This document shows positions 54,889-64,000 of a DNA stretch of 64,000 nt, piece by piece. The stretch is from Planctomycetota bacterium. GTDB taxonomy: Bacteria; Planctomycetota; JAJSAM01. Positions within the stretch are counted from its first letter, which is position 1; each line of letters begins with the position of its first letter. The DNA is taken from NCBI GenBank assembly GCA_024274785.1, contig JAJSAM010000024.1:27880-91879 (forward strand), in the 5' to 3' direction. The position numbers and the translations under genes were made by a program. The notes under the pieces were generated by a model that saw only the letters and a program-made list of their open reading frames with translations, made no database searches and had not been told where the DNA came from.

Positions 54889-55995
54889 TTGCGACTTCAG
54901 AGATACATCTTCGGCATCCTCCTCAAGAACTTCCTGCTGATCCTGGTGGTGGTCACGGGACTCTCGTTCCTGGGAGCCATGGGGCAGAACCTCGGCCGGT
55001 ACGCGGAGGTCAGCCTCGGACAGCTCCTCGGCAGATTCCCCTTTCTGCTGCCGGTGTCGCTCAGCATTTCCATGCCGTTGGCCATGCTGGTCTCGACCCT
55101 GATCACCTACGGACGGCTCTCGGCGGACAACGAGATCACCGCCATCCGGATGGGTGGGATCCATCCGTTTCACGCCATCTCCCCGGCCCTCGTCCTCGGT
55201 CTCCTGGTCACCTGTATCGCGCTGATCATGAGCGCCGGGATTGCCCCTTATGCCGCGCGGAGAGCCCGGGCGGTCACCGCCGACGATCTGACGAACTTCC
55301 TCGACAACCTGGAAGAGCAGCGGGTGACGAGGTTCTGGACGCGGAACGTCTGGATGAGCTGGCATGAGGTCGACGAGGATGGCTGGCTCAAGGGGTTCTT
55401 CTTCAAGGTCCTGCCCCTCGGCAAGGTGCCGGTGGTCGGCGAGGCGGAGCGGGCCCGCGTGACCCGGGATCCCGGGATGACACGGCTGACCTTCGAACTC
55501 GAAGACGCCACCATCATCCAGGGGGATGTCGAAAACCGGATCAGCACCGACCAGACCAGGCTCTCCTACGAGGTCGAGGAACTGTTCGACAAGGCCAATC
55601 GCTCGCACCGCCGCCCGCTGATTTCCAGCTTCGAGCTTCGCTACGAGATTCACCGGGACCAGGCGTTGAGAAGAGTGCTGGTGGGAACACGGGCCAACGT
55701 CTCCGATCTGGTGAAGCACAACGTGGAGTTCTGGGGGCGGCTCGCCCTGAGTTCTGCCTGTTTCGTGTTTGTGCTCGTGGGGGCGCCGCTCGGCATCCTG
55801 TTTCGGAAGGGATCCTTCGTCGGCGCCGCGTTCGTCGCCCTGGTCCTCGCCTTCGTCGTCTACTATCCGCTTCATGAAGTGGGGCAGGGTCTGGCATCGG
55901 AAGGTGTGGTGTCTCCCGCGGTCGGGCTGCTGGCTCCGGGCGCGCTGCTCTCTGCCCTCGGCGTATTCCTGCTCTACAAGGTCATGACGCGGTGA
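54889..55995 (+). CDS. lptF: LPS export ABC permease LptF (YjgP/YjgQ family)
   Basis: TTG start. N-terminal LRLQRYIFGILLK. Six TM helices with a large periplasmic beta-jellyroll between TM3 and TM4. Confidence 0.78.
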   Translation: MRLQRYIFGILLKNFLLILVVVTGLSFLGAMGQNLGRYAEVSLGQLLGRFPFLLPVSLSISMPLAMLVSTLITYGRLSADNEITAIRMGGIHPFHAISPALVLGLLVTCIALIMSAGIAPYAARRARAVTADDLTNFLDNLEEQRVTRFWTRNVWMSWHEVDEDGWLKGFFFKVLPLGKVPVVGEAERARVTRDPGMTRLTFELEDATIIQGDVENRISTDQTRLSYEVEELFDKANRSHRRPLISSFELRYEIHRDQALRRVLVGTRANVSDLVKHNVEFWGRLALSSACFVFVLVGAPLGILFRKGSFVGAAFVALVLAFVVYYPLHEVGQGLASEGVVSPAVGLLAPGALLSALGVFLLYKVMTR

Positions 55996-56002
55996 GGCGC
56001 CC

Positions 56003-57115
56003 GTGAAGATTCTGGACCGCTATGTGACTCTCACGTTTCTGAGCACCTTCGGGCTCGTGAGCTTGTTCATGCTGGGGGTGTTCGTCGTCCTGAACGTCTT
56101 TTCGGAGATGGACGATCTGCTCGATGCCCGGGTGGAACTCGCCGCGGCCGGGCGTACGGTGCCGGGAGTGCTGCTCGAGTACTATGCGGTGTCGATCCCA
56201 TTCTTTCTGCTTCGGCTCCTGCCCTTCATCACCCTGATCTCCGCGACGATCGCCCTCATCCGGTTGATGAGGGGGAACGAAATCACGCCCATGATCGTGG
56301 CCGGCCGCAGCCCGTTCCGCGTCGTGCTCCCGATCTTCATTACCGCGGGACTGGTCACCCTCGGCATGATCGCGATGCAGGAGTGGGCCGTCCCGGGCAT
56401 GGCCAAGTCGCGGACCGGCCTGACTCTCCTCGTGAAGGGCAACCTCGAAGGCGAGTTGGACGACGTGCCGCCGCTCATCGACGGGAGCGGCAACACGTGG
56501 TCTTCCGATCTCTACTATCCAGTGAAGAAGATGATGCGGAACGTCGTCGTCCTGCGTTATCACGATCCCGCCTCGGGGCGCCATCTCGGCACCCTGGTCG
56601 CCGAAACCGCGACCTGGCGGGACGACGGCCCGGGCGGCGCGGGCTGGTATCCGGAGAATGGGAAGCTCTACCCCGTTGAAGGTTCCGCCGACTTCGGCCG
56701 GATCATCGACCTCGATCCCACGGAGCCCTTGCGGACGGATATCACCGCAAAGGAGCTCGAACTCGAGATTCAGCGGGACTCCCGCGACGCCGGGATGATG
56801 CAGTCGATCTCCGAGGCGGCCCGGATGGTCGAGCTGTATCCCGAGCTGCCCCGCCAGAGTGTGGCCTTCCACAGCCTGTTCACCTGGCCGCTGGCCAACC
56901 TTCTGCTGATCATGCTGGGAATGCCCCTCCTCTTCAGGATGGGGGAGCGGAACATGTTTGCCGGCGTCGGGCTCTCCATGGGCATCTGCGCGCTCTACTT
57001 CGCGGTCGATCGCATGTTCCTGGATCTGGGGGGGCGTGGAGCCATGAATCCCGCTTTCGCCGCCTGGATCCCGATCGTGTTGTCGGTGAGCATCATCGTC
57101 ACCTTGCGCGAGTAG
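56003..57115 (+). CDS. lptG: LPS export ABC permease LptG (YjgP/YjgQ family)
   Basis: GTG start. KILDRYVTLTFLSTF is the LptG N-terminal signature. Paired with lptF. Confidence 0.78.
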   Translation: MKILDRYVTLTFLSTFGLVSLFMLGVFVVLNVFSEMDDLLDARVELAAAGRTVPGVLLEYYAVSIPFFLLRLLPFITLISATIALIRLMRGNEITPMIVAGRSPFRVVLPIFITAGLVTLGMIAMQEWAVPGMAKSRTGLTLLVKGNLEGELDDVPPLIDGSGNTWSSDLYYPVKKMMRNVVVLRYHDPASGRHLGTLVAETATWRDDGPGGAGWYPENGKLYPVEGSADFGRIIDLDPTEPLRTDITAKELELEIQRDSRDAGMMQSISEAARMVELYPELPRQSVAFHSLFTWPLANLLLIMLGMPLLFRMGERNMFAGVGLSMGICALYFAVDRMFLDLGGRGAMNPAFAAWIPIVLSVSIIVTLRE

Positions 57116-57435
57116 CCCGACGGACCGCCCTCCCCCCGCATTCTCACCAGGGCCCTCGATCTGAGGGGCGGTCGCGGGCCATCGCAGCCTCAGGCCGCTT
57201 CCGAGATGGGAAGGTGTCACGTCGTCGGTCTTTCTCGCGCTGCAATCACCCCCGCCTCCTTGGATACGCCTGGTTGTGGCTCGGGCCGGCCCGGATGCAA
57301 TACGTCCTCTTCAGGTTTCCATCGTTTCCAAAACGCGGCGCGCGCCATGGCGAAAAAAGCGGGCTAAACCTCACCCCCCGGCCTGGCCGATAGAGATACG
57401 CGCGGGGACTGCGATTCGCGCAGGATCGGAACTCC

Positions 57436-59400
57436 ATGCACATAGATCAAGAGACAGACGGCCCGTTCTTCTGGATTCTCGCCGGAGTGGTGATGCTCCT
57501 GCTCATCGCCGGTCTGGCGCTCCGGGTCAACCCTTCCATTCCCGATCAGCTCGGGCTCGACCTCGAGCGCAGCCTGATCCCCGTGTCCTACCTCGATCTC
57601 GTGGGGCTCGGGCTCTTCCTTCTGGTGCTCTACGCGGCGACGAAGCGACGACTGGCGCTGCGGTTGGCGTTGTCGCTTCGAAAACTGAAACGGGAGCTTC
57701 GGGAACGGAAGATCGAATTCGATGAACTGGATGCGGTTTTCGAAGTCTCGTCGCGAATCAACTCCTTCAGCAGCATGGAGGACGCGCTCGAGTTCATCGC
57801 CCGCCGCTCCATGGAGTGTTTCGGCGGTGATCGCTCCTCGGTACTGCTCGTGGACGGCGACATGCTGGTGCTGAGAGCGGCCGCGGGCCGGAAGCTGGGG
57901 CTGCTCCGCGGCGTGCGCATGCCGATCGGCGGGGGAATCGCGGGTTGGGTGGCCCAGCACCATCGTCCGCTCCTCCTGAACAGTCCCGACGACGTGGAGG
58001 AGTTTCTGCCCGAGCGGCATCCCGATCGGAACATATCCTCCGCGATCTGCGTGCCGCTTCTCTACAAAGGGGATGCGCTCGGGGTGCTGAACGTCACCCG
58101 GCTCGGTGGAGGACGCGAAAGACGATTCGAAGACCGCCACCTGCGGCTCCTGACGATCTATGCGGACTACGCTTCGAGTGCGCTCAAGAACATCCGAATG
58201 TATCGGGCGGTGACCAGCGCCCACTCCCGGCTCGAACGCTCCTTCCGGGATCTGAAGATGGTGCAGGACCAGCTGATCCAGGCGGAGAAGATGTCAGCGG
58301 TGGGGCAGCTGATCTCCGAGGTCAGCCATGAACTGAACAATCCCCTCACGACCGTCCTCGGATACGCGCAGCTCGTGGCGAAGGTCAACCGGGACTCGGA
58401 CATCGCCGAGTATCTGGGGACGATCCGGGACGAAGGGCTGCGGTGTCAGGCGATCATCCGGAATCTGCTCGATTTCGCCCGGAAGCACAAGGGGGAACGC
58501 GTCCCGGTCGAAGTGAACGATGTGATGGAGCACACGCTGAATCTGAGGCGATACCAGCTCGGGATCGACGGCATCGAGGTCGAGATCGCGCACACGCCGG
58601 ATCTGTCGACCATACTCGCCGATCCCACCAGCTTGCAGCAGGTTCTTCTGAACCTGCTGAACAATGCCCATCACGCGGTGCGCGGCGGCGAGAAGCCCGG
58701 GTGGATCCGGTTCAGCTCCAGCCTGGAAGAGGGCGACGGCGGAGTCACGATCGAGATCGAGGACAACGGACCCGGCATCCCCGATGAGTATCTGGAGCGC
58801 GTGTTCGATCCCTTCTACACCACGAAGGACAAGGGGGAGGGCACCGGCCTCGGCCTGTCGGTCTGTCGTGGAATCATCGATGAACTGGGAGGCCGGATCG
58901 TTGCGACCCGCGGCGGGCAGGGAGGCGCCCTGTTCCGCGTTCTGCTTCCGGTGGGCGCGCAGCAGCACGAGATCATCCCCGATGCCCTCGAGGAGTGTCC
59001 GGAAGGGGTGAGTGGAAAGCGAATCCTCATCGTGGACGACGACGCGAAAATCCGCGAGATGCTCGATCGGGCACTTCGGCTCGATGACCACCGGGTCCGG
59101 GCGGTGGAGAGCGGCGACAAGGCCCTCGACGCGCTCGACCACGGGGAGTTCGACCTGGTTCTCTCCGACCTGATGATGCCCGGAATGACCGGTTTCGAAC
59201 TCTTCGAGAAGGTCCGCGAGACGCACGAGGAACTGGCGGACAGATTCATCTTCCTGACCGGCGCCGCGCTGCCCGAGGAGCGTCGCGTGTTCTTGCGGAA
59301 GAGCGGCCGGCCGGTCATTCAGAAACCGTTCCGCCTGGATGAACTGCGCCGCGCGATCCGGGCTTCGTTCCTGGTCGCGGACCTGGAGAGACCTCAGTAG
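57436..59400 (+). CDS. Hybrid sensor histidine kinase (TM - GAF - HisKA - HATPase - REC)
   Basis: H-box EVSHELNNPLTTV. N, G1 and G2 boxes (NLLNNAHHA, DNGPGIP, GTGLGLS). C-terminal receiver KRILIVDDD...DLVLSDLMMPGMTG. Confidence 0.85.
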   Translation: MHIDQETDGPFFWILAGVVMLLLIAGLALRVNPSIPDQLGLDLERSLIPVSYLDLVGLGLFLLVLYAATKRRLALRLALSLRKLKRELRERKIEFDELDAVFEVSSRINSFSSMEDALEFIARRSMECFGGDRSSVLLVDGDMLVLRAAAGRKLGLLRGVRMPIGGGIAGWVAQHHRPLLLNSPDDVEEFLPERHPDRNISSAICVPLLYKGDALGVLNVTRLGGGRERRFEDRHLRLLTIYADYASSALKNIRMYRAVTSAHSRLERSFRDLKMVQDQLIQAEKMSAVGQLISEVSHELNNPLTTVLGYAQLVAKVNRDSDIAEYLGTIRDEGLRCQAIIRNLLDFARKHKGERVPVEVNDVMEHTLNLRRYQLGIDGIEVEIAHTPDLSTILADPTSLQQVLLNLLNNAHHAVRGGEKPGWIRFSSSLEEGDGGVTIEIEDNGPGIPDEYLERVFDPFYTTKDKGEGTGLGLSVCRGIIDELGGRIVATRGGQGGALFRVLLPVGAQQHEIIPDALEECPEGVSGKRILIVDDDAKIREMLDRALRLDDHRVRAVESGDKALDALDHGEFDLVLSDLMMPGMTGFELFEKVRETHEELADRFIFLTGAALPEERRVFLRKSGRPVIQKPFRLDELRRAIRASFLVADLERPQ

Positions 59401-60359
59401 TTCGACTCGTTCTCCGTCCACCAGTCCTTCCAGGCCCGCAGCGCCTCTTCCTGGTCCGCCTCGGAGAGGTCGATGGCGTATTCGTTCTCGACCCCGGTGA
59501 GCTTCGCGAGCGCCTCGGTGATGTCGAGCAGGATGCGACCCATGTCCTCATCTTCGAGGGCGTTCATCAGTGCGGGCACAGCTTTTCTGTTCTTCAGCAC
59601 GCCGAGGAGCTGGGCGGCCTCGCTTCGGACCGACTCGTTGCGATCCTCCAGGGCCTCGACCACCGCATCGAAACAGCGGGCCGGTTTCAGGGTTTTCAAC
59701 GAACTCAGCGCGGAAACCCGGACGGCCTCGTTGAAGTCCTCCTGCAACGCCTTGATGAGGGGGTCGACACCGAGTCCGGATCCGGTTGCGCCGAGCAGCG
59801 CTGCGGCCTGGGCGCGCACATTGGCGTCCTCGTCGCCGCCAAGTGCCCGGATCAGATCGGGTACCGCCGCCTTGCCGACGAGATCGACCAGGCTCTTCAG
59901 GCACTTGCTGCGGACGAGGGGGTCCGGGTCGGTGCCCGCGACGTTCTTCAGGATGGGCGTGCCGCCCGGGAACTTGCCCATGCCGATCGCCTCGGCGGCC
60001 AGCGCACGGACGTCTTCGCTCTCATCGGACATCAACTGGATCAGCACTTCGCCGCCAAAGGCCTTGTCGCTGTCCTCCAGCACCATCTCGATGGCCCCCA
60101 TGCGCTCCTCGGGGTCCACGGACTTCTGCTTTCGCCGGACGGTCTGCATGTACTCCTGCCGGGGGTCCACGGGAACCTCGACGGGGGGCGCGGACTTGCT
60201 GTCCGCGCCGGGCTCCACGGAGATCGGCGCGACGCCCCCCGCACCGGGCTGGTCCTCGGCGGCGCTCTTGCCGGAGGAATCAGCGGGCGGCGAGTCGCCA
60301 CTGCCGCATGCGGCGAAAAGGAAGGAGACGATCAGCAGGACAGTGAGGTTACGGAGCAT
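59394..60359 (-). CDS. HEAT-repeat (PBS-lyase-like) lipoprotein
   Basis: ATG at 60359 after GGGGAGGTG. Lipobox LLIVSFLFAAC. Repeated ...VR..AA.ALG... HEAT units. Confidence 0.65.
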   Translation of the reverse strand: MLRNLTVLLIVSFLFAACGSGDSPPADSSGKSAAEDQPGAGGVAPISVEPGADSKSAPPVEVPVDPRQEYMQTVRRKQKSVDPEERMGAIEMVLEDSDKAFGGEVLIQLMSDESEDVRALAAEAIGMGKFPGGTPILKNVAGTDPDPLVRSKCLKSLVDLVGKAAVPDLIRALGGDEDANVRAQAAALLGATGSGLGVDPLIKALQEDFNEAVRVSALSSLKTLKPARCFDAVVEALEDRNESVRSEAAQLLGVLKNRKAVPALMNALEDEDMGRILLDITEALAKLTGVENEYAIDLSEADQEEALRAWKDWWTENESNY

Positions 60360-60640
60360 CGGAACACCTCCCCGAGTGTGGTTCATGAAGTCGCCATGCT
60401 AGCCTGCATCCCAAACGATTGCACACGATCCGGGGGGGGCGGGATCGCGTCGCCGCCGCACTGGACCCAGCGCGGCCCGGCCGCAATGGAGGGGCGACCC
60501 CCGGGCGACCGTACTGGCGGTCCGGGAGTGTTACGCAGAATCTGTGTGCGCCGCGAAGATTCTGAACGTCAGCAGGACAGGGCGTTCGGCTTTCGTGAGG
60601 TGCGACGAGACGGCCTTCGTCCCGCCGAAGCGGCCGCGAG

Positions 60641-61609
60641 CTACCGGGGCTCGCCCCGGCGCAAGGCCGCCAGCGCCGTCTCCATGTCCTCCGGCAACGG
60701 GGCCTCGATCCGCATCTCTTCCTTCGTGACCGGGTGGGTGAAGCGCAGCATCGAGGAGTGCAGGGGATAGCGCTCGAGCACCGCCTTTCCGTCGACGACC
60801 AGCGGCGCGTCGTCACCGTACATGAAGTCGGTAACCAACGGAGTTCCGATGTAGCGCAGGTGCACCCGGATCTGATGCGTTCGCCCCGAGTACGGATGGA
60901 GGCGCAGGAAAGCGTGTTTGGCAAACGTCTCGACGGTTTCGTACCTCGTCAGCGAGGGTTCGCCATCGTCGCGGATCACCATGGGCAGCCTGGATCCGTC
61001 GAGCGGAATGCCGATAGGGGCTTCGATGTCCCCGGACGGGGGGGCGGGGATACCCGCGACGATCGCCAGGTAGCGCTTCGATACCTCCCGACAGGCGAAC
61101 TGACGGCCCAACTCGGCGCGCACATCATCGCGTTTGGCCACGAGCAGGACGCCGGAAGTGTACTGGTCCAGACGATGGGCGAGCTTGGGGACGATGTCGT
61201 TCCCGGGATCATCCGGACGGCGATACTTCAGGTGCAGCGCGTTGATGATCGTGTCCATCTGGTGCCGGCCGACCGGATGCACGACGAAGCCGGCGGGCTT
61301 GTTCAGCGCCACCAGGAACTCGTCCTCGAAGATCACGGGCAGGGGGATGTCGGCCGGATCGAAGGGATCGCCGATTCTCAGCAGGGAGACGAAGACCTCG
61401 TCCCGCTCCCTGACGGTCTGGGCAGCCTTCACCCTTCTGTCGTTCAGGAGCACCTCGCCGTTCCTGATGCGCTCTTTCAGGTGCTCACGCGACCGCCAGC
61501 GCACCCGTTTCCGGAGGAAGACGTCCAGACGGAGGCCCTCTTCATCGCCGGTGACGATGTAGATCTGCTCCGTCCGGGGTTTGCTGAGATCGGGAGTGGG
61601 GCGGCCCAT
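60641..61609 (-). CDS. RluA-family 23S rRNA pseudouridine synthase (RluD/RluC-like) with an S4 domain
   Basis: S4 domain RLDVFLRKRV...NGEVLLNDRRV. Catalytic HRLDQYTSGVLLVAK motif. The start is uncertain: only 8 bp separates it from the divergent ATG at 61618. Confidence 0.8.
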   Translation of the reverse strand: MGRPTPDLSKPRTEQIYIVTGDEEGLRLDVFLRKRVRWRSREHLKERIRNGEVLLNDRRVKAAQTVRERDEVFVSLLRIGDPFDPADIPLPVIFEDEFLVALNKPAGFVVHPVGRHQMDTIINALHLKYRRPDDPGNDIVPKLAHRLDQYTSGVLLVAKRDDVRAELGRQFACREVSKRYLAIVAGIPAPPSGDIEAPIGIPLDGSRLPMVIRDDGEPSLTRYETVETFAKHAFLRLHPYSGRTHQIRVHLRYIGTPLVTDFMYGDDAPLVVDGKAVLERYPLHSSMLRFTHPVTKEEMRIEAPLPEDMETALAALRRGEPR

Positions 61610-61635
61610 CGTGCGAGATGGTATATCATCCCCTG

Positions 61636-62424
61636 ATGCTCAGCCGGGCCAGAAGAAAGCTCCTGGTTTCCCTTGGCCGCCGCGAAGGCCGCACCCGGGA
61701 AGATCTGTACCTCCTCGAAGGGCCGCGGTGCATCGCGGAAGCACTGAAGTTCGGTGCGCCGGTGCGCGAACTTCTCCTGACCCACGCCCTCGCCGACGCG
61801 GCGATCGGACGGAACCTCGCCCAGGCGGCCGAGCGCGCCGACGCCACGGTGATCACCATCTCCGAGAACGATTGCCGGCTCATTGCGGACACCCGTACTC
61901 CCCAGGGCGCGCTGGCGGTCCTGGCCCGGAGCGCGAGTGGCGTCGAACTGCTGCACGGAGAAGGGGTGATTCTCGCTCTGGATCAGGTCGCGGATCCGGG
62001 GAACGTGGGAACCCTGATCCGGTCCGCGGATGCGTTCGGCTGCCGCGCTGTCGTGACCGGCTCCGGCAGCGCGGACTTCGAGAATCAGAAGGTGCTGCGG
62101 GCGGCGATGGGATCCAACTTCCACCTTCCACTGGTGACGGTCACCGACCTGGCCGCGACCCTTTGGGATCTTTCGAACGCCGGAAGCGACATCTTTGCCG
62201 CGACTCTTTCCGGCGCGGATGCGTATCAGACGGCGGAGTCGGCCGGACCGCGCTCGTGCCTGGTGCTCGGGAACGAGGCCCGCGGCGTCTCGCCCGAGGT
62301 GGCCGGGGCGGTGTCCCGGGAGGTGACGGTGCCCTGTCCCGGCCGCGCGGAATCGTTGAATGTGGCCATGGCCGGGACGGTGTTGCTGTCCATCTTCACC
62401 AGGCGATCGGGAGGAGTCAGTTGA
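61636..62424 (+). CDS. TrmH/SpoU-family RNA 2'-O-methyltransferase
   Basis: SPOUT motifs LDQVADPGNVGTLIRSADAFG, LVLGNEARGVS and ESLNVAMAG. An ATG at 61636 or 61618 is possible. Confidence 0.78.
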   Translation: MLSRARRKLLVSLGRREGRTREDLYLLEGPRCIAEALKFGAPVRELLLTHALADAAIGRNLAQAAERADATVITISENDCRLIADTRTPQGALAVLARSASGVELLHGEGVILALDQVADPGNVGTLIRSADAFGCRAVVTGSGSADFENQKVLRAAMGSNFHLPLVTVTDLAATLWDLSNAGSDIFAATLSGADAYQTAESAGPRSCLVLGNEARGVSPEVAGAVSREVTVPCPGRAESLNVAMAGTVLLSIFTRRSGGVS

Positions 62425-63221
62425 GCGTTGCGGAAAACCACCCCGAGGAATACTCCGTGGAGATCGAGGGCCTGACCCGGATCTTCGGAGGAACGAAGGC
62501 GGCCATCGAGAACCTGTCACTCACCGTGAGAAAGGGCGAGTTCTTCGGCTTTCTCGGCCCCAACGGCGCCGGCAAGTCCACGACGATCAAGATCCTCTGC
62601 GGTCTGCTCCGGCCGACCATGGGGCGGGTCCGGGTTCTCGGCCTCGATGTGATCGCCGAGCCCCTGCTGGTGAAGCAGCGTATCGGACTGCTGCCGGAAG
62701 AGGTCAACACCTTCGAGCGCCTCACCGGGCGGGAGCTGCTGGTGTTCACCGGCCGCATGTACGGACTCTCCAAGCTGGAGGCGACGGCGCGGGCGAAGGA
62801 GCTGCTCGAGTTCATGGAGATCGCCGACGTCGATCGGGACAAGCTGATCATCGACTACTCGATGGGCATGAAGAAGAAGGCGGTGCTCGCCGCCGCGCTG
62901 ATTCACGGTCCGGACGTGCTCTTTCTCGATGAGCCCTTCAACGGCATCGACGCCGTGACCGGTCGCGCCATCCGGGAGGTGCTCGGCCGGGCCGTCGCGG
63001 ATGGCGTCACCGTCTTCTTCTCCTCCCACGTCATGGAGGTGGTGGAGAAGCTCTGCACCCGGGTCGCCATCATCGATCAGGGCCGCCTGCGGGCGATGGG
63101 CGATCTCGATGAGCTTCGGGCCGCCACGGGGAAGGGACCCGAAGCAACCCTGGAGGAGATCTTCGTGGATCTCGTGGGCGGTGATTCGGAGCGGGGCGAC
63201 CTGTCCTGGATCAGGGGATGA
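62421..63221 (+). CDS. ABC transporter ATP-binding protein
   Basis: TTG start after GGGAGGAG. Walker A GPNGAGKST, signature SMGMKKK, Walker B LFLDEPF. Confidence 0.8.
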   Translation: MSVAENHPEEYSVEIEGLTRIFGGTKAAIENLSLTVRKGEFFGFLGPNGAGKSTTIKILCGLLRPTMGRVRVLGLDVIAEPLLVKQRIGLLPEEVNTFERLTGRELLVFTGRMYGLSKLEATARAKELLEFMEIADVDRDKLIIDYSMGMKKKAVLAAALIHGPDVLFLDEPFNGIDAVTGRAIREVLGRAVADGVTVFFSSHVMEVVEKLCTRVAIIDQGRLRAMGDLDELRAATGKGPEATLEEIFVDLVGGDSERGDLSWIRG

Positions 63222-64000
63222 TGCGGACCGTCGGGATCCTGCTATGGCTGCGGTACCGGACGATGTTTCGCGGCGGACGAAGCGGCCGGCAGGTTTTCGC
63301 GGTCGTCATGGGGCTGATGGTCCTGACCCCCCTCTCCCTGCTCTTCGGCGCGTTCAGTCTCATGACGACCCTGCACGTCGCCGGAAACATGGGGTCGGAG
63401 GCGCTGCTCCTCTGGGTCCGCATCGCATTCTTTCTCGTCTTCGCGATGCTCCTGGCGATGCCGATCATCAGCTTCGCCTCCACCGACTTCTATGACATCA
63501 CGAAGCTCTTCCACCTGCCGGTCTCGCACCGTCCCGTCTTCGTGGCCCAGATCATCGGAATGATGTTCGGCGGAACCACGATCTTCTTCCTGCCGGCCAT
63601 GCTCGGCGTGGTCATCGGGGCGAGCGGTGGTGCGGCGCGAGCGGTGGTCTCGATCCCTCTGCTTCTCCTCTTCCTCTTCCAGACCGTGGCCGTCGCCCGA
63701 CTGCTGCAGTTGCTCCTGCTGAACACCCTGCGCTCCCGGCGGTTTCGTGATCTCGCCGCAATCGGGGCAGCGTGCCTCTCCGCCGGCATCTTCGTCCTCT
63801 TTCGGCTGACCTTCAATTCCGACCATCCGACCCGGAACATCGCCGCCTTCCTCGAGGAGTTGCTGATCTCCGGTGCCGCCGACTGGATCGGCGCGATCCC
63901 GAGCAGTTGGATCGCGACGCTCATGGTTCCGGGCGCCGGGCTGAACTCGATCCTCCTCGTCCTGCTGGTGGCCCTGCCCCTGACCGCGCTCCTGGTGAGG
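63218..64000 (+). CDS. ABC-2-type transporter permease, N-terminal fragment (continues past the window end)
   Basis: ATGA overlap with the ATPase gene. Multiple hydrophobic TM segments. No stop before position 64000. Confidence 0.6.
   Translation, partial: MMRTVGILLWLRYRTMFRGGRSGRQVFAVVMGLMVLTPLSLLFGAFSLMTTLHVAGNMGSEALLLWVRIAFFLVFAMLLAMPIISFASTDFYDITKLFHLPVSHRPVFVAQIIGMMFGGTTIFFLPAMLGVVIGASGGAARAVVSIPLLLLFLFQTVAVARLLQLLLLNTLRSRRFRDLAAIGAACLSAGIFVLFRLTFNSDHPTRNIAAFLEELLISGAADWIGAIPSSWIATLMVPGAGLNSILLVLLVALPLTALLVR

Overview
This is a high-GC (about 68%) chromosomal segment from a Gram-negative bacterium. The content (several Ser/Thr kinases, many FHA-domain proteins, an FHA-fused sigma-54 enhancer-binding protein, a Wza/Wzc polysaccharide export cluster) resembles Myxococcota; this is an inference, not a database identification. 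I support about 50 protein-coding genes from the sequence. I found no rRNA, tRNA, CRISPR array, transposase or integrase.

The layout, in order:
(i) 1-20 kb: a polysaccharide locus. It holds a glycosyltransferase; a WecA/MraY-like priming phosphotransferase with a C-terminal extension; a promoter followed by an operon encoding a secreted TPR + FGE-like protein, a lipoprotein, a giant TPR Ser/Thr kinase, a membrane PP2C phosphatase and a second membrane Ser/Thr kinase; then a secreted protein, an outer-membrane beta-barrel, a short Wza-like OPX protein and a Wzc-like tyrosine-kinase co-polymerase ending in a (GY)n tail.
(ii) 20-32 kb: housekeeping genes (a double-FHA membrane protein, ctpA, tsaD, larB-like, carA, purA, uppS, cdsA, and the conserved phoH / 7TM-HD / ybeY triad).
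(iii) 32-38 kb: a ribbon-helix-helix (RHH) fusion to a sugar-nucleotidyltransferase with a direct-repeat operator candidate, a DUF2339-like membrane protein, and a nonaheme cytochrome c / NrfC-like / NrfD-like membrane redox module with palindromic sites upstream.
(iv) 38-41 kb: rpmB, acpS and a PcrA/UvrD helicase.
(v) 41-51 kb: the most unusual part. One operon encodes an FHA-GAF-sigma54 activator, a lipoprotein with repeated CarboxypepD_reg-like domains, an FHA-TM protein with a C-terminal CAP/PR-1 domain, and an FHA-Pro-rich-TM protein. A convergent gene encodes a secreted Arg/Glu-rich protein with about 12 copies of a 21-bp in-frame tandem repeat.
(vi) 51-64 kb: udk / glycosyltransferase / msbA, lptF / lptG, a GAF-histidine-kinase-receiver hybrid, a HEAT-repeat lipoprotein, an RluA-family pseudouridine synthase, a TrmH-family methyltransferase, and the start of an ABC transporter.

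The best candidates for a novel system are the FHA/sigma-54 operon, the kinase/phosphatase module inside the polysaccharide locus, and the RHH-nucleotidyltransferase fusion. Many long antisense ORFs in the track are GC-shadow artefacts and were rejected.
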